This document shows positions 57,192-64,000 of a DNA stretch of 64,000 nucleotides, piece by piece. The translations under genes and the position numbers were made by a program. The stretch is from NCBI GenBank assembly GCA_964016885.1, contig OZ024754.1, positions 2,356,001-2,420,000 on the forward strand. Direction: 5' to 3'. Position 1 is the first letter of the stretch. Each line of letters starts with the position of its first letter. The notes below the pieces were generated by a model. It did no database searches, was not told where the DNA came from, and saw only the letters and a program-made list of their open reading frames with translations. Origin of the DNA: Eledone cirrhosa (Eukaryota).

Positions 57192-58056
57192 TTGTATGCA
57201 TGTATATATATATGTACATACAAATTTTGGTTTTACAAATAAGTATATATCTATCTATGTACTCGATATCATACATACAAACACTTGCATAATCTCCACA
57301 TGTCATATGAATGTATTGTTCGGGTCTCATACAATGTCCAAATAAAATTAAATATCCAGAAATATATTCACAAATATTGGCATCACAATAATTCTAGAAA
57401 AGATGGAAAGATGGAGAGATAATTGTGTGTGTGTGTGCGCATGACTGTGAGAGCGTGTATCTGAGAGTATGTGGATATGAGCGTGCATGTCTGTCTGTAT
57501 ATCTGGGTGAGTCTGACTGTGTATGTATGTATGTATGTATGTATGTATGTATGTATGTATGTATGTATGTATGTATGTATGTATGCATGTATGCATGTAT
57601 GTGTCTGTATGTGTGTTTTGTGTGTGTTTCTGAAACAGAAAGAAATCAAGGAAAAGGGGTAAAAATATGTGTATGCATATATGCATGCGTGTGCATATAC
57701 TTATGCATGTGTTGTATATATGTGTGTATATATGTGTGTGTATATGTGTATATATATGTGTGTATATATGTGTTGTATTTATGTGTGTATGTATATGTGT
57801 TGTATATATGTGTGTATATATGGGTTGTATATATGTGTGTATATATGTGGTGTATATATGTGTGTATATATGTGTTGTATATATGTGTTGTATATATGTG
57901 TGTATACGTATGCAGCTATGTGTCAATGTATGTATATATATATGTGTCCCTGCGTAGAGAGAAAGACACGAAAAATGAAATAGTTGGGTATGTATGTGTT
58001 TGTGTACATATATACATGATTTATTTCTGTCTTTGAATATATCTGCATATATATAT

Positions 58057-58123
<67 letters not shown>

Positions 58124-59092
58124 ATATATGAATATTTGTTCTTTATGTATATGAGTCAGTTTGTGCTTGCACAAGTATACAAATACAAAAGAATCGCGCA
58201 TCGTTACTTGGTCATACATAAGCAATTTGTTAGACACATACATTTATAACGTATTAGAAATCCTGTTAAATCGTCGATACAGCTGACAGAAAGAGTGTTC
58301 TGTCATACGAAGCTAAATCAGTGTTACTAATTTGCTAAATGAAATTAAAAGGAAGATAATATAGGACAAGAATGAATGCATTTGAATTGTTCCTCGAATT
58401 CAGTAATATTTGCCTCACACCCGAATATATTAATCCACGTTCAACAGAACTCCATATGTAACAATAATCTCTCTGCAACTCTTTAAGAGTCTTTTGAAAT
58501 TTAATTTTGAAAAAAAAAAAAAAGAGAAAGTCTTTTAATATAATTAAAAGACAAATGGAATGCCAAAAAGAATATTCCGAAGCGAAGTTGTAAATATTCC
58601 TCTTATTACAATAAAAAACACCAGAACACTTGTGACATTGTTTTCTAAGAATTATCTAGAGAAGTGATTGTGTTTATATCCAATTATATATATGTGCTAA
58701 TGCATGTGTGCGTCCGTCCGTCCGTTTGCGTGTGTGTGTGGTGGTGTGTGTATGTGTGTGTGTGTGTGTACGCCTTTATTTCAAATATAAAATGGAAGTA
58801 AATATCAGTGCAGAAAAATACGAAAGTGTCTGGTGTATGTATATGTATTTATGAAAGTAAGATGCTTCCACTATGTACATATGTGTGTGTGTGGCTATAG
58901 ACGTGCTAATATATATATATATATATATATATGTACATATATATATATATATATATGCATGTATGTATATATATGTGTATATATATATGCATGTAATAAA
59001 CAGTATACGCTACCATCAGCAGAAAGCTGTGTGCATGTTTATTAATATGTACGGATGTAATTTTATAACAACACACACACAAGGTCCACACT

Positions 59093-59187
<95 letters not shown>

Positions 59188-59509
59188 TACATACATACAT
59201 ACATACATACATACATACATACATACATACATACATACATACATACATACATACATACATACATACATACATACATACATACATACATACACACACAGGA
59301 ATGTATATATTCCCATATACGGTCGTTGCAATAGACTAGGGTGTGGTAAAACTTCCAAAAGAAGATGAGAGAAGACGAGGCGGACATTCTGAAAGGCATG
59401 CCTCTATGCCTCTGTGTCGATATATGTGAGTGTCTAGTTATATATACACAGTGAGAGCGTGTTAGACATGTGTACACACCCCGATAGATAGATTCTGAGA
59501 CCTTTTATA

Positions 59510-59540
<31 letters not shown>

Positions 59541-59545
<5 letters not shown>

Positions 59546-59729
59546 TGTTTCTACGTTAGGCACAAGGCCAGCAATTACCCAGTGCATTACTGGTACTTTA
59601 TTTTATCGACCCCGTAAGGATGAAAGGCAAAGTCAACCTCGGCGGGATTTGAACTCAGATCGAAAAGGGACGTAACTATGCTGGAAAGCATGGCGTCCGA
59701 CCCTCTACCGATACTGCCAATCCACCGCC
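59541..59729 (-). mobile_element. Full-length SINE in (TAA)n
   Basis: Complete reverse-complement copy with (taa)n on both sides. Confidence 0.93.
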
Positions 59730-60190
59730 CAATAATAATAATAATAATGATTTCATTTATTGGCTACAAGGGCCGATATATAGGGAACAATACAAAAGAC
59801 TGGGACAGTGGGGCTTTACAGAAAAATCGAGTAAACAATATGAATCACAATAACAAAGTAACAATAAAGTAACAATAAAATTACAAGAAAAAATTCCCCA
59901 ATAGGCGACCGTTTCAAAACGTGGACAGCTTACATTATTTCTGTCTATTTTCCTAATGAATATTCTGTCTATATACGATCTAGATGACCCTATGCGGTTA
60001 GCCCAGGTTCACACTGGCGCATTAGGGAAATCTAGTCGGTACCTGTCAGACAGTTGGAACTGGCTGATCAGGTTCTTGAGGCTTTTGCACCCCCCGCTCC
60101 TATTACAGATTGGAAACTACGTATCGAGTGCTCACTTGAGTGAACCTACATTAACAGCACGTTACACCCCCTATATATATATATGTATAC

Positions 60191-60610
60191 AATGATATTA
60201 AATAAATGGACACTATATTTATAAAACCATATTTATTTTATATATTTCAAGGCAACCAAGACAACATTGGTACGCTTTCATCAGATAAAATACAAAGTTT
60301 GTTTTATAAACAGAGACGTACCCATGAAAATCATACCTTATCGTTTGGAAATTCACTGGATAGTGGAAATATATTAGGGATTATTCAAACTTATGTGTGA
60401 ATATGCAAATGAATATGTAAATAATTGAAAAACAACCGTTTATTTAAACGACTATGGAGAGAGAGGGAGAAGAGATAAATATGGTTTTATAAATATAGTT
60501 TCCATTTATTTAATATCATTGAATATTTAGTCCTGTAATTTGTTGAGTGCTCTAAATCAGTTATAAACATTTATATTTGTCGGACTTCCAACAAATAAAA
60601 TACCCCTTCT
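60191..60610. mobile_element. TA-flanked element with inverted arms (60191-60236 vs 60475-60520) and degenerate minus-strand HHR (60233-60292)
   Basis: Minus strand tattttat-CTGATGA-aagcgtacca..tggttgcctt-GAAA-tat-ataaaata (stem III deleted); homologous to 36121-36300. Confidence 0.72.
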
Positions 60611-60612
60611 AC

Positions 60613-60646
<34 letters not shown>

Positions 60647-60653
<7 letters not shown>

Positions 60654-60929
60654 GTGAGGTTTTTTACAAAATGAAAAAAAACGAGGTGTCCTACGCGAGT
60701 GAAAGTATAAGGAAAAAAGATGAAATCGAAAATGCAACTGGAGTCTTTGTTTTTCAAAAGTAGAATTGAGATGGAGGGTTTGTTGTTTTTCTCGAGAAAA
60801 ACAACAAACCCTCCATCTCAATTCTACTTTTGAAAAACAGAAGAACTGCGAAACCGGTAGAGGAACCAAATAAATATATTTTAAAAAAAAAGACTCCAAT
60901 TGCATTTTCGAATTCATCTTTTTTCCTTA
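60647..60929. mobile_element. Fold-back copy of the U3-A8 family centred on ctcgag; HHR at 60827-60862 (+)
   Basis: ctt-TTGAAAA-acag(aagaa)ctgc-GAAA-ccgg-TA-gag. Confidence 0.85.
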
Positions 60930-61567
60930 TATATATATATATCGATTCTAAGTGTATGTGTATTAATCAGAGAAAATGTAAAAGAATTTTATAAAAAATC
61001 TTCTTAGAACCATTTATAATTCACATATAAAAATAAAATGTATATATTTGGTATCCGGGCAACACCAGTCTCCCGTGTGCCAAGTGCCAAACATATATAC
61101 ATATATACACATATATATATATATTTGTTTGCGCGTGTGTGTATACATGTATACATACATCCTACTATTCATAAATATATTTCTAGCATTTAATCTCTAA
61201 CGATTTCTTAATATCTTCACCGCCTTTAACCGTTCTTATTATTGAATAAGACTATATAAAATATGAGTGACATTATTCACAAAGAAAGCCGTGACTTAGA
61301 AACTTAAAACTCTTCTATAGCTCTGACAGTGGCAATAATACTTACGGTTTAACAGTCGACATAAACACCTGCAAGCTATTATGTTACGACGTTTTTGCTG
61401 TAGATATTTAAGGTCATCCCTCTCTTATCTCCTGGTGTCTAGTTTACTTGGGAGATACATAAGATATTATGACAAATATATCTACAGATACATACATGTA
61501 TACACATACACACACATATGTATAAATATATAAATATAGATATACAGACACACATATGTATGTGTAT

Positions 61568-61657
<90 letters not shown>

Positions 61658-61737
61658 CCACCCACACAAACGAGAGTACGGGCAATAAAATATAATGTCA
61701 CTAAGTGTCAATTAATAAATATATACATATATGTATA

Positions 61738-61785
<48 letters not shown>

Positions 61786-61855
61786 CATATATATATATTA
61801 TATATATATTAGTCTTCACATTTATTATTATTATTCTCATTACTATATATATATG

Positions 61856-61924
<69 letters not shown>

Positions 61925-62390
61925 TTATATATATATATACAGTGGGTTGGGGGATGTTCTGCACGTGTGAATGTATGATTTTGTAAGTGTGTGTGCAAGA
62001 TACATCCTCATAAATGAGCTGACACATCGCCAAGGATGTAAGCAGATGACATTCTGTTTGTCGGGGTTTTAATATCATATACACTCTAGCACAGGCGACC
62101 CTCTCTCATGTAACCCCGTTTAATCTAAAGCCATATTATGACTTTTCCTGCGGATTTTCTCGAGAATTGAATGTCTCCCCTCTTTGCTTCTCCTGCCAAT
62201 CCAATCAGTTAAAGATATTGCAATATGAGCGTACTGCGAGGTCCCTACAATTGACCAGAATATTTGAAATAACATAATTGATGTTGTGAGACCCCCTACT
62301 AAATATTTTGAATAACATAATTGATGATGATGAAGAAAAGAGTCAGGACCCCGACGGATGAGCTTCCGGCCGTTTCGACAGCTAGATCTA

Positions 62391-62441
62391 GGTCGATAAA
62401 ATAAAGTACCAGTGCATTACTGGTACTTTATTTTATCGACC
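62391..62441. repeat. SINE-derived perfect hairpin (23-bp arms)
   Basis: ggtcgataaaataaagtaccagt-gcatt-actggtactttattttatcgacc. Confidence 0.93.
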
Positions 62442-64000
62442 CCAATAAAAACACTTTCCCAAATTTTGCCCTACCATTTTTGATATTGATTCTTGCCACA
62501 ACAAGCTCAACAATTTTGGGAGAGGGGAAAGTCGATTAAATCGACCCCAGTGTATTACTGGTACTTTGTTTTCAGATAGTAAAGGAACGTAACCCTATGT
62601 CATATAGTTTGTTGTTCGACCAATGCTGCTAATTCACTCCCCATCCTTACCATCTTTAATATTATAAATAAGACATATTACATATATGATGAGACAATCT
62701 ATGTATAAAGACACATCTTCACACACCTTCGATCACAGATCTGATCGATCAGGACTGACCTATGACACAAACAACTATTTTATTTAATATATTGAAAATA
62801 TATTCTTCTCTGTGATTTATACCATCATTAATACATTGTCCAATGTCTGACCTCTGGACATGGAAGCTACGCTATCTCTATTTTTTTACCACAATTATAT
62901 ATGCTCTTTCATTACGCAACACTCTAAATACAAGGAACTATGTCTCCCTCTCTTTATAAATTCCCACAATCAACAACACCAGCACCACAAGAGCCATCAA
63001 CACCAGCACCACAAGAGTCATCAACACCAGCACCAACACTACAACAACTACATACACCACACCCTCTCAAGCAGTCATTATATGCCGTTCGCCTTTATAG
63101 CCATCACTGACCTCTAGGTTAGACCTTCTGAAATATCCATATTTGCTTCAGTGAACACATTCATACACAAACCTTCAGATCAACAAACTCATCGAGTTCT
63201 GCGCTAAACACTTACGCCACGGTTGGGACTATTTAGAATAATGGAAACGTTTTTTTTTTTTTTTTATGGCAACATGCACAAGAATATATACACAATCGTA
63301 CTGTGAGGGTGGGGAACACGTGCACGCATCTAATCCTACATATATATATATATATACATATATATATATTTGGGGAGGGTCATATATTGATATATGTATG
63401 TATATATATAAATATGTATATATGTATCAATATATATATATATATTGTTTTTCTAAGTGTACATACAAATGCATGAAAACTGATTGAAGTAGCTAAAAAA
63501 ATATAGACTGACTTACAGATATATGTATGATTACATAGAGATATTATTAGATATATTGGTAGTTTAATAGATAAACTGATTGTTAGATTGAAGAGATAGA
63601 TTACTGCATAGATTGAGAGGTGGTGTCTTCACCATTCCATTGTAATATTCTTATTAATAATGTAGTCATGAATCACAGCCAAAAACATCAACAATTGTTA
63701 TAGAAAGTGTATGTTAGATGTCATAAGTACACTGCAAGAGATATGTTCGTTTATCTTCAAGCAATTACACGTCCACCCTAACTCTCATATAAAAAATATA
63801 CATATATCTTTCAGTGTGTGTACGCATGTACGTGTGTGTGTGTGTATATATAAATATGTATGTATACATAAATATGTATGTATATGTATATATATATGTG
63901 TGTGTGTGTGTGTTATAGCTGAGAAATTAAGTATGTTTATTGTGAATACATACTTTTAACTATCATGCACAGAATTTCTTCTTCAAATTCAGTAGAAAAA

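Overview
This is very AT-rich, microsatellite-saturated eukaryotic intergenic or intronic DNA. The SINE repertoire (tRNA-derived families carrying 'gataaaataaagtaccag' and 'gtccttgagcaagacact') suggests an octopod cephalopod; this is an inference from recalled family resemblance. No intact protein-coding gene is supported. Almost all ORFs in the track are translations of (TA)n/(TG)n/(AG)n/(CATA)n repeats or of a 47-bp minisatellite, and the few real protein-like pieces are decayed RTE, CR1 and Penelope-like retroelement fragments. The main result is about 20 intact or degenerate minimal type-I hammerhead ribozyme (HHR) motifs from at least 7 short element families. Most sit inside (TA)n tracts, are often arranged as inverted or fold-back pairs, have palindromic stem III, and show compensatory base changes. 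This fits non-autonomous Penelope-like pseudo-LTR or retrozyme-type elements. One family carries a fixed U3-A8 replacement of the canonical C3-G8 core pair. Also present: a bipartite (5' UTR + 3' end) RTE derivative, an inverted tRNA-SINE pair with a TA-targeting tail, several minisatellites (one with a 4-unit higher-order repeat, one made of AG|GTAAG motifs), and repeat-free islands that may be regulatory. All structures were read by eye; nothing was computed.
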